Of a stretch of 32,000 bases of DNA, positions 7,893 through 18,091 are shown in pieces. Source of the DNA: Kiritimatiella glycovorans (GTDB lineage Bacteria > Verrucomicrobiota > Kiritimatiellia > Kiritimatiellales > Kiritimatiellaceae). The translations under genes and the position numbers were made by a program. The stretch is taken from NCBI RefSeq assembly GCF_001017655.1, contig NZ_CP010904.1, forward strand, positions 1,710,001-1,742,000, in the 5' to 3' direction. The notes under the pieces were generated by a model. It saw only the letters and a list, made by a program, of their open reading frames with translations, was not told the DNA's origin and made no database searches. The stretch's first letter is position 1. Each line of letters opens with the position of its first letter.

Positions 7893-9145
7893 GCCGACTT
7901 TCGCTCGCCGGATGCGCCGTCGAGCGGATTGGACCGCCCTTCCACGACATCGCCGTCGATGACGATCCGTTCGAGATCCTCGCGGGAGGGGGCCTCGTAC
8001 ATCAGATCGAGCATCAGGTGTTCGAGAATCGCGCGCAGCCCGCGCGCGCCGGTGTTGCGCCGTATGGCCTGGCGCGCGAGGGCGTGCAGGCCGTCCTCCG
8101 AGAACTCCAGATCGATGTGGTCCATCTCGAGAAGGTGCTGGTACTGGCGCGTCATGGCGTTGCGGGGCTCGGTCAGGATGCGGACCAGCTCCTCTTCGCG
8201 CAGCGGATGCAGGAGCGTGGTCACGGGGATGCGGCCGACGAACTCGGGGATCAGGCCGTACTTGATCAGGTCTTCCGGTTCGATGCGCATACTGGCCGGT
8301 TTCCACGCGCCGTCCGCGGACGCGCCGGACGTGAATCCGATGCTCCGGTCCTGGCTGCGGCGACGAATGATGTCGTCGATCCCGACAAACGCACCGCCGC
8401 AGATGAACAGGATGTTGGTCGTGTCGAGCTTGATGTACTCCTGGTGGGGATGCTTGCGCCCGCCCTTGGGCGGGATGCGGGCGGTCGTGCCCTCGAGCAT
8501 CTTCAGCAGCGCCTGCTGGACGCCCTCGCCGGACACATCGCGCGTGATCGAGACGTTCTCGGTGCGGCGGCCGATCTTATCGATTTCGTCGATGTAGATG
8601 ATGCCGCGCTGGGCGCGCTCCGCGTTGTAATCGGCCGCCTGCAGCAGCGTCAGCAGGATATTCTCGACGTCCTCGCCGACGTACCCGGCCTCCGTGAGCG
8701 TGGTGGCGTCGGTGACCGCGTAGGGCACGTCGAGCACGTTGGCCAGCGTGCGCGCGAGCAGGGTCTTGCCGCAGCCGGTGGGACCGGCGAGCAGGATGTT
8801 GCTCTTCTCGAGTTCGACCCCGTCGCCTCCGCGCCTGCGCTGGAGCATCCGCTTGTAGTGGTTGTGGACGGCCACGGAGAGCACCCGCTTGGCCTCTTCC
8901 TGGCCGACGACATATTCGTCGAGCGCGGCCTTGATTTCCTGCGGCTTCATTAGGGAGAAGGCGTCCTTCTGCTCCGTTCCTTCCCCTCCCTCTCCCGGTT
9001 CCGCGGCCTGTTCATTCTGCAGTACGGCCTCGCACAGTTCGACACAGTCGCTGCAGATGAATACGCCCGGACCGGCGATAAGTCGGTCCACTTCCTCTTC
9101 GCCCTTTCCGCAGAAAGAGCAGCGTGTCGGCTTGTCTTCGGTCAT
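7889..9145 (-). CDS. clpX: ATP-dependent Clp protease ATP-binding subunit ClpX
   Basis: N-terminal zinc finger CSFCGK...CSDCV, Walker A GPTGCGKT and Walker [10 protein letters not shown]. Confidence 0.97.
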   Translation of the reverse strand: MTEDKPTRCSFCGKGEEEVDRLIAGPGVFICSDCVELCEAVLQNEQAAEPGEGGEGTEQKDAFSLMKPQEIKAALDEYVVGQEEAKRVLSVAVHNHYKRMLQRRRGGDGVELEKSNILLAGPTGCGKTLLARTLANVLDVPYAVTDATTLTEAGYVGEDVENILLTLLQAADYNAERAQRGIIYIDEIDKIGRRTENVSITRDVSGEGVQQALLKMLEGTTARIPPKGGRKHPHQEYIKLDTTNILFICGGAFVGIDDIIRRRSQDRSIGFTSGASADGAWKPASMRIEPEDLIKYGLIPEFVGRIPVTTLLHPLREEELVRILTEPRNAMTRQYQHLLEMDHIDLEFSEDGLHALARQAIRRNTGARGLRAILEHLMLDLMYEAPSREDLERIVIDGDVVEGRSNPLDGASGERKSA

Positions 9146-9166
9146 TCGGACCTCCCGGGACCCGGC

Positions 9167-9775
9167 TTACGCCGAGCCCGTCTTGGCTTCGATCACCTCG
9201 TCGACCAGCCCGTAGTCGACCGACTCGGTGGCGGACATGAAGAAATCGCGATCGGTGTCTTTGGCCACCCGCTCCACGTCCTGTCCGCTGTGATGCGAAA
9301 TGATCTCGTTGAGCCGGTCTTTCATGCGCATGATCTCGCGGGCCTGGATGTGCACATCCTGGGCCTGCCCCTGCGCCCCTCCGATGGGCTGGTGAATCAT
9401 GATGCGCGCGTTGGGCAGCGCGTACCGCTTCCCCTTCGTGCCCGCCGCGAGCAGCAGGGCGCCCATGCTGGCGGCCTGGCCCACACAGTAGGTGGTGATG
9501 TCGCACTTGACGAACTGCATCGTATCGTAGATCGCCAGTCCGGCCGTGACCGCCCCGCCGGGCGAATTGATGTAAAGCTGGATGTCCTTTTCGGCGTCCT
9601 CGCTCTGCAGAAACAGCATCTGCGCCACGACGAGGTTGCTGACCGCGTCGTCCACGGGGGTGCCGAGAAAGATGATGCGCTCCTTCAGCAGCCGCGAATA
9701 GATGTCGTAGGCGCGTTCGCCGCGCCCCGTCTGTTCCACCACCATGGGAATGAGCATCTGAGCCCGCTCGTCCAT
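9167..9775 (-). CDS. clpP: ATP-dependent Clp protease proteolytic subunit
   Basis: [20 protein letters not shown] (active-site Ser) and MIHQP (His). I chose the ATG at 9775 (MDERAQ...), just downstream of the tig stop at 9786. Confidence 0.95.
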   Translation of the reverse strand: MDERAQMLIPMVVEQTGRGERAYDIYSRLLKERIIFLGTPVDDAVSNLVVAQMLFLQSEDAEKDIQLYINSPGGAVTAGLAIYDTMQFVKCDITTYCVGQAASMGALLLAAGTKGKRYALPNARIMIHQPIGGAQGQAQDVHIQAREIMRMKDRLNEIISHHSGQDVERVAKDTDRDFFMSATESVDYGLVDEVIEAKTGSA

Positions 9776-9785
9776 GTCGTCCTCC

Positions 9786-11084
9786 TTATGCAACCTGCGC
9801 CTTCTCCATAATACGGTCGATCGTCTTCCGGAACCGCACATCGTCGCGTACCTGATCGAGCCGCTCTTCCTTCTCCAGCCGCTTGCGCAGTTCGGCGGCG
9901 TCCTGACGCTGCCGCACGGCCATTTCGGCGATGTGTTCCTGCACTTCGCGGTCGGAGGCCTCGATCTCCTCCCGGTCGGCGATGGCGCTTATGATGTGTC
10001 TGAGTTTAACACGCCGCTCCGCGATCCCGCGCGCCTCGCCCCATATATTTTCGCGGTCGGCATTGATGTCCTCCCGGCTCTCGCCCCGCGAGAGCCGCTC
10101 GCGGGAGAGATCGTAGAGCGCCTCCCTCGCCTCTTCATCGACCTGCGATTTCGGCGCGTCCAGTTCGGTGGCTTCGAGGAGTTTTTCGAGCAGGGCCGTC
10201 TCGCGGCGGCTGTGCTCGCGCTGCTGCTCGTTCTCCTCGAGGCGGTTGCGCATCTCGCCGCGGAGTTCCTCTTCGGTGTTCACCCCGATCCGCTGCAGAA
10301 AATCCTGATCGACCTCCGGCATCTGCTGTTCGCGGATGCCGCTGACGGTGACCTCGTACTGCGCCGTCCTGCCCCCGAGCGCCTGGATGGTGAAATCCTC
10401 CGGGAAGGTCACCTCGACCTGTTTCGTGTCGCCCGCGTTCATTCCGATCAGGGCCTCGCCCAGGCCGGGAATGAAACTGTCCTCGCCCGCCTGGATCCAC
10501 TGGCCCTCGGCCTGCCCCAGCGCTTTCGCCTCCTGCGCGAAGGTCTCCAGCGGCTGACCGTCGCACTGCGCGCTGTAGTTCACCTCAATGATATCGTCCT
10601 GCTGAATGGGCCGGTCGGAGACTTCTTCGTACGTCGCAAACCGGCGCCGGAGCTGATCGACGGTCTCGTTCACGCGGTCGTCGGTGACCTCCTCCTGCTC
10701 GTCCTTCAATTCGAGGCCTTCGTATTCGGGAACCTCGAATTCGGGCGGCACGTCGACCGTGACCTCGAACACGAAAGGCGCGCCCTCCTCCAGCTGAGGC
10801 TCATCGAGATTCAGCACGGCGACGGGATCGATCCCCTGTTCTTTAATCGCCTTGCGGTAATATTCGGGAACGAGCGTCTCGCGCGTCTGTTCGGCGATCT
10901 TATCCGCGAATTTACGCCGGACCAGGTCCCGGGGGGCCTTGCCTTTGCGGAACCCCGGTACCGAGGCCTGGGCCGCGTAGAGATCCTCGATCTCGCGCCT
11001 CTCCTTCTCCACGTCCTCGGCGGGAACCTCGATGCGCAGTTTTTTGCGGCAGGGCTCCAGTTCCTCGATGTCCACTTTCATCAT
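9786..11084 (-). CDS. tig: trigger factor
   Basis: 432 aa. N-terminus [27 protein letters not shown], a central FKBP-like segment and an acidic C-terminus. It sits in the conserved tig-clpP-clpX order. Confidence 0.9.
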   Translation of the reverse strand: MMKVDIEELEPCRKKLRIEVPAEDVEKERREIEDLYAAQASVPGFRKGKAPRDLVRRKFADKIAEQTRETLVPEYYRKAIKEQGIDPVAVLNLDEPQLEEGAPFVFEVTVDVPPEFEVPEYEGLELKDEQEEVTDDRVNETVDQLRRRFATYEEVSDRPIQQDDIIEVNYSAQCDGQPLETFAQEAKALGQAEGQWIQAGEDSFIPGLGEALIGMNAGDTKQVEVTFPEDFTIQALGGRTAQYEVTVSGIREQQMPEVDQDFLQRIGVNTEEELRGEMRNRLEENEQQREHSRRETALLEKLLEATELDAPKSQVDEEAREALYDLSRERLSRGESREDINADRENIWGEARGIAERRVKLRHIISAIADREEIEASDREVQEHIAEMAVRQRQDAAELRKRLEKEERLDQVRDDVRFRKTIDRIMEKAQVA

Positions 11085-11137
11085 GCGTTCCTTTCCTGTG
11101 CCGGCACGCAGACCGGCGTCATGAGCACAAGCGCGGC

Positions 11138-11166
11138 ATGGTAGGAAAAGTGCCGGATACGGTCAA
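11138..11166 (-). promoter_or_regulatory. sigma70-like promoter candidate for tig-clpP-clpX-cysS
   Basis: On the minus strand: TTGACC (11166-11161), a 17-nt spacer, then TACCAT (11143-11138). This is about 55 nt upstream of the tig ATG. Confidence 0.35.
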
Positions 11167-11171
11167 GGGCG

Positions 11172-11219
11172 CGGCCGCGTTCGGCGGCCGGAACACCCTC
11201 CGGTTTATCCGCGGGAGGG
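11172..11219 (-). terminator. two GC hairpins downstream of rho (possible terminator, no U-tract)
   Basis: The first hairpin is cggccgc (11172-11178) / gcggccg (11184-11190) with a 5-nt loop. The second is ccctcc (11196-11201) / ggaggg (11214-11219). Both lie between the rho stop (11262) and the putative tig promoter. Confidence 0.3.
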
Positions 11220-11261
11220 CCTTTCTTCTCAACCGCGAATCAACGCGAACAGCCAGGCCCC

Positions 11262-12698
11262 CTATTTATTCTGCAGCGCCATGAGAAACTCGGCGTTGCT
11301 GGAGGTCTTCTTGAGCCGGTTGATGAGCAGTTCCATCGCTTCCACCGCGGGGACATCCTTGAGCGCGCGGCGGAGGGTCCAGATGCGTTCCAGCTCGTCC
11401 GGGTGCAGGAGCAGCTCTTCCTTGCGCGTGCCGGATTTCTCGACATTGATCGCGGGGAAGATGCGTTTGTCGACCAGGCTGCGGTCGAGACCCAGCTCCA
11501 TGTTGCCGGTGCCCTTGAACTCCTCGAAGATCACCTCGTCCATGCGGCTGCCCGTATCCACCAGCGCGGTGGCGATGATGGTCAGGCTGCCGCTGTCCTC
11601 CAGGTTCCGGGCCGCGCCGAAAAACCGCTTGGGTTTCTGCAGCGCGTTGGCGTCGACCCCGCCCGAGAGGATCTTGCCGCTGTGCGGCTGCAGCGTGTTG
11701 TACGCGCGGGCCAGCCGGGTGATGCTGTCGAGCAGGATGACCACGTCCTTGCCGAGTTCCGCGCGGCGCTTGGCCATCTCGCTGACGATTTCCGCCACCT
11801 GCGTATGGCGTTCCGGCGGTTCGTCGAACGTGGACGAGAGGACCTGCGCCCTGGTATTGCGCTCGGTGTCGGTCACCTCTTCCGGACGCTCGTCGATGAG
11901 CAGAATGATCAGTTCCGCCTCGGGATTGTTGGTACTGATGCTGTTGGCGATCTTCTGCAGGAGCACCGTTTTCCCGGTGCGCGGCGGCGCGACGATCAGT
12001 CCTCGCTGCCCCTTCCCGATCGGGGTCAGGATGTCCATGACCCGCATCGAGATCTCTTTGCTGTCGCGTTCGAGATGAAAACGGTCTTCCGGGAACAGCG
12101 GGGTCTGCTGTTCGAACGGGATGCGGTGACGATTCTGCTCGGGCTCCATCCCGTTGATGGATTCCATCTGGAGCATCGCAAAGAACCGTTCCCGGTCCTT
12201 GGGGGGGCGGATCTCGCCGGCGGCGTGATCGCCGGTACGCAGCCCGAACCGGCGAATCTGCGAGGGGGAGATGTATATGTCTTCCGGACAGGGAAGGTAG
12301 TTGTACCGGGGGGAGCGGAGAAATCCGAAGTTATCGGGAAGGACCTCGAGCACACCTTCGCCACGCAGTCTTCCGTTATTGCGCGCGTGGGCCTTGAGGA
12401 TCTCGAAGACCAGTTCGTGGCGGCGGAGACCCGCGAAGTCCTCCAGCTCGAACTTCTGCGCCTGCTCGTGCAGCTGGGGCACCTTCATCGCCTGCAGATC
12501 TTTCAGATCCAGAAAAGGTCCGGTGTTGCGGCGGTCCTTCTCCTTGTTCTGATTGCGGCCGCCCCCGCGCCCGCGCTTGCCGCGCTGACCGCCGCCGCCC
12601 TTGTTCCCGCCGTCATTGCCGCGACGATTTTTCTGCTGCTGCTTTTGCTGCTCGTTCTGCTGATTCCGCTCGTTCTGCTGATTCTGTTCGTCGCTCAT
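11262..12698 (-). CDS. rho: transcription termination factor Rho with a Q/N- and RGG-rich N-terminal extension
   Basis: PPRTGKT Walker A, RFGLRTGD and [11 protein letters not shown]. The start is the ATG at 12698, overlapping the coaE stop (ATGA). Residues 1 to about 60 are low complexity; the canonical N-terminal helix bundle starts near [15 protein letters not shown]. Confidence 0.95.
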   Translation of the reverse strand: MSDEQNQQNERNQQNEQQKQQQKNRRGNDGGNKGGGGQRGKRGRGGGRNQNKEKDRRNTGPFLDLKDLQAMKVPQLHEQAQKFELEDFAGLRRHELVFEILKAHARNNGRLRGEGVLEVLPDNFGFLRSPRYNYLPCPEDIYISPSQIRRFGLRTGDHAAGEIRPPKDRERFFAMLQMESINGMEPEQNRHRIPFEQQTPLFPEDRFHLERDSKEISMRVMDILTPIGKGQRGLIVAPPRTGKTVLLQKIANSISTNNPEAELIILLIDERPEEVTDTERNTRAQVLSSTFDEPPERHTQVAEIVSEMAKRRAELGKDVVILLDSITRLARAYNTLQPHSGKILSGGVDANALQKPKRFFGAARNLEDSGSLTIIATALVDTGSRMDEVIFEEFKGTGNMELGLDRSLVDKRIFPAINVEKSGTRKEELLLHPDELERIWTLRRALKDVPAVEAMELLINRLKKTSSNAEFLMALQNK

Positions 12699-13312
12699 GG
12701 CTCGCTCTTCTCCTGCTTGATCCGCTCGATCGTCGCCCATAATTGTTTCTCCAGTCCGGCGAGATCGCCGTCGTTTCGGATTACGTAATCGGAACGTTCC
12801 GCTTTTTCTTCCACGGGCCACTGGGCCCCGATTCGTTTCTCCGCGTCCGATCCGCAGACCCCCCGCAATGCCAGACGCTCTTTCATGGTCTCCACGGAAG
12901 CCGCGATGCAGAGCACCGCATCCCAGGGTGCCCGGACACCGGCCTCGAACAGCAGCGGCACGATCGCGGCCGCGTCCCGTCCGCTCCGGCGCTGCTCGTC
13001 CGCCCAGCGGCCCAGCTCCGCGATCACCGCCGGGTGAACGATTTCGTTGAGCCTCTGACGCGCGACGGGATCGTCGAAAACCCTCTTCCCCAGGACCCGG
13101 CGGTCGATGCGGCCCTGTTCATCCGCACACGCCGGGCCGAATTCCTCAAGGATGTTCGCGTGTACGGCGGTGCCGGGTTTCATCGATTCATGCGCCAGCC
13201 GGTCCGCCTCGCACACCGCCCATCCGCCTTCCTTCAACATGCGTCCCGCTTCGGACTTGCCGCAGGCGATTCCCCCGGTCATTCCCAGCACAAGCCCTTG
13301 TTTGGAATTCAT
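12695..13312 (-). CDS. coaE: dephospho-CoA kinase
   Basis: [13 protein letters not shown]-loop at the N-terminus. I chose the internal ATG at 13312 ([10 protein letters not shown]...). Confidence 0.9.
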   Translation of the reverse strand: MNSKQGLVLGMTGGIACGKSEAGRMLKEGGWAVCEADRLAHESMKPGTAVHANILEEFGPACADEQGRIDRRVLGKRVFDDPVARQRLNEIVHPAVIAELGRWADEQRRSGRDAAAIVPLLFEAGVRAPWDAVLCIAASVETMKERLALRGVCGSDAEKRIGAQWPVEEKAERSDYVIRNDGDLAGLEKQLWATIERIKQEKSEP

Positions 13313-13511
13313 CGATTGATTATTCAGCGCCGCGGATCGCGGGAAACCGTATGCCGGAATGGCCTGCCCGTGCTGTCCTGAAAACCGGTACTCCGGCCAT
13401 TGCAGTGTGTTCGGGGATAGAAGGCGTCGTCCTGAATCGACTCGGAATCTGCCGTTTTGCGCATGCGATGTCAACCTTGCGCGCGAAAAGTTTTTCAGGG
13501 AAAAAGAGCTT

Positions 13512-14321
13512 ATGCCCGAACTGCCCGAAGTCGAAACCATCCGCCGTCAGCTGCGCGCCGCCGGGATCGAGGGACGCCGTATCGAACGGGTCCGTATCGA
13601 CTGGCCGCGGACGGTCGATCCGCTCACGCCGGCCGCATTCGCACGGCGGGTGAAGGGACGTACGCTGCTGCGTCTGCGCCGACACGGCAAGTGGCTGATC
13701 TTTGAACTCGACGCGGAAAACCACCTGCTGATTCATCTGCGCATGACCGGCGGATTCGGACTGACGCGCGGTCGTCTGCGGCGCGGGCCGCATGATCGCG
13801 TCATCCTGCGTCTCGCGGGCGGGTTGAATCTTCACTACCGCGATCCGCGCAAATTCGGTCGCTGGCGTCTCGGTCCCGCGCCGGCCGGGGTGGGACCCGA
13901 CGCCCTGCGGATGCGGACCGCGACCCTGGCCCGTGCGCTGGGCACGCGGCGGCGGATGGTCAAGGCCCTGCTGCTCGACCAGTCCTTCGTCGCCGGGATC
14001 GGCAACATCTACGCCGACGAATCGCTGTTTGCGGCGGGAATCGATCCGCGCCGCAACACCGCGACGCTCACCGCCTCCGAACGTGCAGTGCTGGCGGAGG
14101 CGATAAAACGCATCCTGCGCGCCGCGGTGCGGAATCAGGGCACCTCGCTCGGGACCGGCCGCGGGAATTACCGCGATCTCAACGGGAACTCGGGCGGACA
14201 CCGCGAGCGCGTCCAGGTCTACGGCCGCGCCGGACAGCCCTGCCCGTGCTGCGGAAGCCCGTTGCAGCCGACCCGCATCGCGCAGCGCACGACGGTGTTC
14301 TGCGCCCGCTGCCAGCACTGA
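13512..14321 (+). CDS. mutM: formamidopyrimidine-DNA glycosylase
   Basis: Begins MPELPEVETIRR (catalytic Pro2/Glu3) and ends with the zinc finger CPCCGSPL...FCARCQ. I used the internal ATG at 13512. Confidence 0.95.
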   Translation: MPELPEVETIRRQLRAAGIEGRRIERVRIDWPRTVDPLTPAAFARRVKGRTLLRLRRHGKWLIFELDAENHLLIHLRMTGGFGLTRGRLRRGPHDRVILRLAGGLNLHYRDPRKFGRWRLGPAPAGVGPDALRMRTATLARALGTRRRMVKALLLDQSFVAGIGNIYADESLFAAGIDPRRNTATLTASERAVLAEAIKRILRAAVRNQGTSLGTGRGNYRDLNGNSGGHRERVQVYGRAGQPCPCCGSPLQPTRIAQRTTVFCARCQH

Positions 14322-14401
14322 ACGGCCGCGCAGGCCATCAAACGGGGTACGGCCCCGCCCCGCGAGGCAAATATGTATGACCCGGTCCGCGAGTCTATCA
14401 C

Positions 14402-14431
14402 CCCCGGCTGGCGAAACCGGACAGCCCGGGG
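14402..14431. terminator. hairpin between the convergent mutM and manC-like genes (possible bidirectional terminator)
   Basis: ccccggctg (14402-14410) pairs with cagcccgggg (14422-14431), giving 9 bp with one bulge and an 11-nt loop. There is no clear U-tract. Confidence 0.25.
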
Positions 14432-14442
14432 TCCTGCGCGGA

Positions 14443-15528
14443 TCAGAGCAGGTTTTCGTACCCCTGTTTTTCGCGCAGTTTCCCGACCAGCTTCTTCACG
14501 TCCTGCGCGCGGTCGCGGGGACAGACCAGGGTGACGCCTTCGGCCTGGACGACGACAGTATCCTCCATCCCGATCAGGGCGGTGAGGCGATCGGGCGAGT
14601 AAACGATATTGCCGCCGCCGTCGAGCGTCTCGCAGGTCCCCTGAACCGTATTGCCGGCCTCGTCGGCGGCCCAGTGGTTGCGCACCGCCGGCCACGACCC
14701 GACGTCGTCCCATGCAAAGGTTCCGCGCGCCATGACGATGTTGGAAGCCTTCTCCATGAGGGCGTAGTCGATGGAGATCTTCTCCAGTTCCGGATACGTG
14801 CGCGCCATCGCCTCGTCGAGCGTCCCCGCCTCCGCCGCCGCGGACAGCTCGTCCATCAACCCGCTGAGCTGCGGGCGGTATTCGTCGAAGGCACGCTGCA
14901 GCGCGGGCACCGACCAGACGAACATTCCCGAATTCCAGCAATAGCGGCCGCTCGCACAGTATTCCCCGGCGGTGGCGCGATCCGGTTTTTCCACAAAGCG
15001 CGCGGCGCGGTGAAACGACACGCCCTCGCGCTCGGCGTAGGGCTCGCCCGCCTCGATGTAGCCGAACCCGGTACTCGGTTCCGAGGGTTCGATCCCGATG
15101 GTGAGAAGCAGATCTTCCCCGGCCGCGAGGTCCATCGCGCCGCGGAGCGTGGAACGGAACAGCGGGAGATCGCCGATCACGTGGTCGGCGGTGAGGATGC
15201 AGAAGACGCCGTCCGGATCGCGGGCTTTGATCAATGCCCCGCCGCAGGCCACCGCCGCCGCGGTATCGCGCCCCATGGGCTCGCCGACGATCTGTTCCGC
15301 GGGCACTTCCGGCACCGCCGCGCGGGTGGCGTCCACGAGGTCCCGGTTGGTCACCACCCACACCCGCTCCGGCGGGACCAGGCCCTCGAGCCGCTCGACC
15401 GCCTGCGCGAGGAACGGGCGCTTCCCGACGAGGGACAGAAGCTGTTTCGGATGCTGCGAGGTGCTGAGCGGCCAGAACCGCTCGCCTTTGCCTCCCGCCA
15501 TGATCACCGCGTATCGTTCGCCCATCAT
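14443..15528 (-). CDS. mannose-1-phosphate guanylyltransferase (nucleotidyltransferase domain only)
   Basis: YAVIMAGGKGERFWPLS (GxGxRxxPxS sugar-nucleotidyltransferase motif). Tandem ATGs at 15528 and 15525 follow GAGGAGGAA. The track start at 15549 is less likely. Confidence 0.85.
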   Translation of the reverse strand: MMGERYAVIMAGGKGERFWPLSTSQHPKQLLSLVGKRPFLAQAVERLEGLVPPERVWVVTNRDLVDATRAAVPEVPAEQIVGEPMGRDTAAAVACGGALIKARDPDGVFCILTADHVIGDLPLFRSTLRGAMDLAAGEDLLLTIGIEPSEPSTGFGYIEAGEPYAEREGVSFHRAARFVEKPDRATAGEYCASGRYCWNSGMFVWSVPALQRAFDEYRPQLSGLMDELSAAAEAGTLDEAMARTYPELEKISIDYALMEKASNIVMARGTFAWDDVGSWPAVRNHWAADEAGNTVQGTCETLDGGGNIVYSPDRLTALIGMEDTVVVQAEGVTLVCPRDRAQDVKKLVGKLREKQGYENLL

Positions 15529-15573
15529 TTCCTCCTCGGCCTGTCTCATCTCTGTGCGGAAGGCCTCCGCCGT

Positions 15574-16380
15574 TCACCTTGCCTTAACCGCCCCCACCAG
15601 CGAGGCGGCGAAGGCTTCGACCTCCGCGCGGCCCTCTTCGCGGCCGCCGAGACGGTGGAAGCGGTCGACGAGCGCGCTGCCGACCACGACTGCATCGGCG
15701 TAGCGCGCCGCCTCGGCGGCGCGTTCGGGGCTGCCGATCCCGAATCCCAGCGCGACCGGCATCTCCGTATGTCTTCGAATCGATCCCACCAGTCCCTCGG
15801 CCCCGCTTTCGATCCGCTGCTGCACGCCCGTCACGCCCGCGCGCGAAACACAGTAGACGAATCCCGAACCGTGGCGGACGATCTTCCTGATCCGTTCCTC
15901 CGGGGTGGTCGGCGTAATCAGCATGATCGAGTCCAGCCCGTGAGATTTCACCGCAGCGCGGTACTCGCGGTCCTCCTCCATCGGCAGGTCGAGCAGCAGA
16001 AATCCGTCGACCCCCGCCTCCGCCGCCTCGGCCATCGCCCGGTCGAACCCCCGCGCACACAGCGGATTCATGTAGGAATAGATCACGATCGGGATTTCGG
16101 ACGATTCGCGGACGCGACGAACGAGGTCCATCACCTTTGCAAAGTCCGTGCCCGCCTCAAGGGCACGGATCGCGGAATCCTGGTTGACCGGTCCGTCGGC
16201 CACCGGATCGGAGAACGGGAACCCGAGTTCGACCAGATCCACTCCGGCCCGGATGAGTCTTTGAACATACTCGACCGTAGCGCCCGGATCGGGGTCGCCG
16301 GCGGTGAGGTAGGCGATAAACCCGCGCTCGCCCCGATCCCTGAGCCCGTCGAACAGCTTTGAAATGCGCGTCTTCTTCAA
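15574..16380 (-). CDS. trpA: tryptophan synthase alpha chain
   Basis: FIAYLTAGDPD, GVDLVELGFPFSDPVADGP and ALGFGI. The start codon is apparently TTG (16380..16378), preceded by AAGGA. No trpB is adjacent. Confidence 0.9.
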   Translation of the reverse strand: MKKTRISKLFDGLRDRGERGFIAYLTAGDPDPGATVEYVQRLIRAGVDLVELGFPFSDPVADGPVNQDSAIRALEAGTDFAKVMDLVRRVRESSEIPIVIYSYMNPLCARGFDRAMAEAAEAGVDGFLLLDLPMEEDREYRAAVKSHGLDSIMLITPTTPEERIRKIVRHGSGFVYCVSRAGVTGVQQRIESGAEGLVGSIRRHTEMPVALGFGIGSPERAAEAARYADAVVVGSALVDRFHRLGGREEGRAEVEAFAASLVGAVKAR

Positions 16381-16403
16381 GATCCGTCCTTTCGTCCGTC
16401 CCG

Positions 16404-17174
16404 TTACATTCCTTCAAAGCGATCCGGGTTGCGTTCGCCGATGATTCCCAGCCCGCGCAGTGTCAGGTGCGGATCGACCTCGATATCCATGTCTCCGCAG
16501 ATCCACGAAGCCTGCCCGCCCGTGGCGCAGACCGACAGGCGCTCCGCGTCCAGATCCGCGCGCACCGCCTCGATCACCTCGCGCACCATCCCGCGCGCGC
16601 CGAGCCGTGCGCCGCTGCGCATCGCTCCGACCGTGCTGCGCCCGATCACCCGGCTCACCCGGCCGGGCCCGATCCGGGGCAGCAAGGCCGTTCGCTCCGC
16701 GAGATACTCGAACATCAGCGGCAGCCCCGGGCAGATCAGGCCGCCCACATACCCCTTTTCCGCCAGAATCACATCGAAGGTCAAGGCGGTTCCGAAGTCG
16801 CACACCACCACGGGCGGCTCGTAGCGCCGCGCGGCCGCGGCGGCGTTGGCCAGCCGGTCGGCGCCGATCGTCTCCGGCCGCGGGTAATCGACCGCCACAC
16901 CGAGATCGAGGTGGGGGCCGATCGGAAGCACGGAACTGAACCCGGCCGCGGCGAGTGCGTCGCGCCACAGCGGATTGACTTCGGGGACGACGGAGGCGTA
17001 GGCCGCCTGCCGGATTGCGTCGCCGGACGGCGTCAGCCACGCCCGGAGTTCCCCGGCATCCGCGCGTCCGGTGTCCCGTCGCCGGACGCGAGAGACCCGG
17101 CCCGCGCGGTACCGCCCCGCCGTCACCCCGGTGTTGCCGACATCCAGCACGAGCATGTGTTCTGATGCATCCAT
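16404..17174 (-). CDS. coaX: type III pantothenate kinase
   Basis: MLVLDVGNTGV N-terminal ASKHA phosphate-1 motif, VVCDFGTALTFD and ATGG near the C-terminus. Length is 256 aa. Confidence 0.85.
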   Translation of the reverse strand: MDASEHMLVLDVGNTGVTAGRYRAGRVSRVRRRDTGRADAGELRAWLTPSGDAIRQAAYASVVPEVNPLWRDALAAAGFSSVLPIGPHLDLGVAVDYPRPETIGADRLANAAAAARRYEPPVVVCDFGTALTFDVILAEKGYVGGLICPGLPLMFEYLAERTALLPRIGPGRVSRVIGRSTVGAMRSGARLGARGMVREVIEAVRADLDAERLSVCATGGQASWICGDMDIEVDPHLTLRGLGIIGERNPDRFEGM

Positions 17175-17209
17175 AGATCCGTCATTCCGTGATGTCCCGC
17201 CGCCCCCGC

Positions 17210-18091
17210 TCAGTCCTCCGCGAAATCGAGCGCGAGGTCGACGGCGGTGGCGGAGTGGGTGAGCGCACCGACCGAGATGGCGTCGACCCCGGCCGCGGCG
17301 ACTTCGGCGACGCGATCGAGGGTCATCGTACCCGAGGCCTCGGTCGAGCAGCGGCCCGCGCAGCGCCGTACGGCTTCGCGCAGCGTCCCGGGGTCCATGT
17401 TGTCCAGAAGCACCCAGTCGGGCTCCGCGGTCAGGGCTTCGTCGAGCTGATCGAGCGTATCGACTTCAACCTCTATCGTCAGGTGCGGAAAGGCCGCGCG
17501 CGCATCGCGCACGGCGTCGGCGACGGGGGTATCGCCGCAGGATGCGCGGTAGTGGAGGTGGTTATCCTTGATCAGCACGGCGTCGAAGAGTCCCATGCGG
17601 TGATTCGCGCCTCCGCCGCAGCGTACGGCGTATTTCTCCAGCGCGCGATAGCCGGGCGTGGTCTTACGGGTATCGAGGATGCGCGCCTGTGTGCCCTGGA
17701 CCGCATCGACGAACCGGCGCGTGACGGTGGCGACGCCGGTGAGGCGCTGGATGAAATTGAGGGCGGTGCGCTCGGCCGTCAGCAAAGAACCGGCGCGCCC
17801 TTTGATCTCCAGCACCGCCTCGCCGGCTCCGGCCTGCCGGCCGTCCTCAATGAGCGTCCTGACCCGCGTGTCGGGGTCGACGCACTCGAACACCGCCGCC
17901 GCCACGGGACCGCCCGCCACGGTGCAGGGGGCGCGGGTGACAAGTCTCGCTCGCGCGGTCCGGTCGCCGCGCACGAGCGCGAGGGTGGTGGCATCGAGCC
18001 GGTCCGGACCGAGGTCCTCGCGCAACGCCGCCTCGATCAGCGCTTCCGCCTCCCCGATCCCGCTTAGCTGCAGTATCCCGCCGGTCGTCAT
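17210..18091 (-). CDS. nadC: nicotinate-nucleotide diphosphorylase (quinolinate phosphoribosyltransferase)
   Basis: LTAERTALNFIQRLTGVAT, ILDTRKTTPG, MGLFDAVLIKDNH and LLDNM are family motifs. The ATG overlaps the stop of the upstream permease gene (ATGA at 18088-18091). Confidence 0.9.
   Translation of the reverse strand: MTTGGILQLSGIGEAEALIEAALREDLGPDRLDATTLALVRGDRTARARLVTRAPCTVAGGPVAAAVFECVDPDTRVRTLIEDGRQAGAGEAVLEIKGRAGSLLTAERTALNFIQRLTGVATVTRRFVDAVQGTQARILDTRKTTPGYRALEKYAVRCGGGANHRMGLFDAVLIKDNHLHYRASCGDTPVADAVRDARAAFPHLTIEVEVDTLDQLDEALTAEPDWVLLDNMDPGTLREAVRRCAGRCSTEASGTMTLDRVAEVAAAGVDAISVGALTHSATAVDLALDFAED

Noticed and set aside
7893-8306. N-terminal extensions in the ORF track for cysS, and likewise for holB to 6183, pta to 2496, clpP to 9841, rho to 12821, coaE to 13540, mutM from 13359, leuC to 21313, nspC to 23449 and speA to 26709
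   Set aside because: The extensions overlap the upstream gene or intergenic repeats and are Arg/Pro-rich. They also precede the conserved family N-termini, where an ATG with a better context (often an ATGA overlap or a Shine-Dalgarno) is available.
6618-8597. Very long ORFs antisense to recognised genes: 209..1324, 6618..8597, 9774..11144, 11403..12788, 14219..15577, 14377..16362, 18100..19812, 21398..23167, 23361..24818, 24505..26457, 28085..29539 and 30970..31746
   Set aside because: Each lies opposite a gene with unmistakable family motifs. Their translations are Arg/Pro/Gly/Ala/His-rich with no motifs, as expected for stop-poor non-coding frames in GC-rich DNA.
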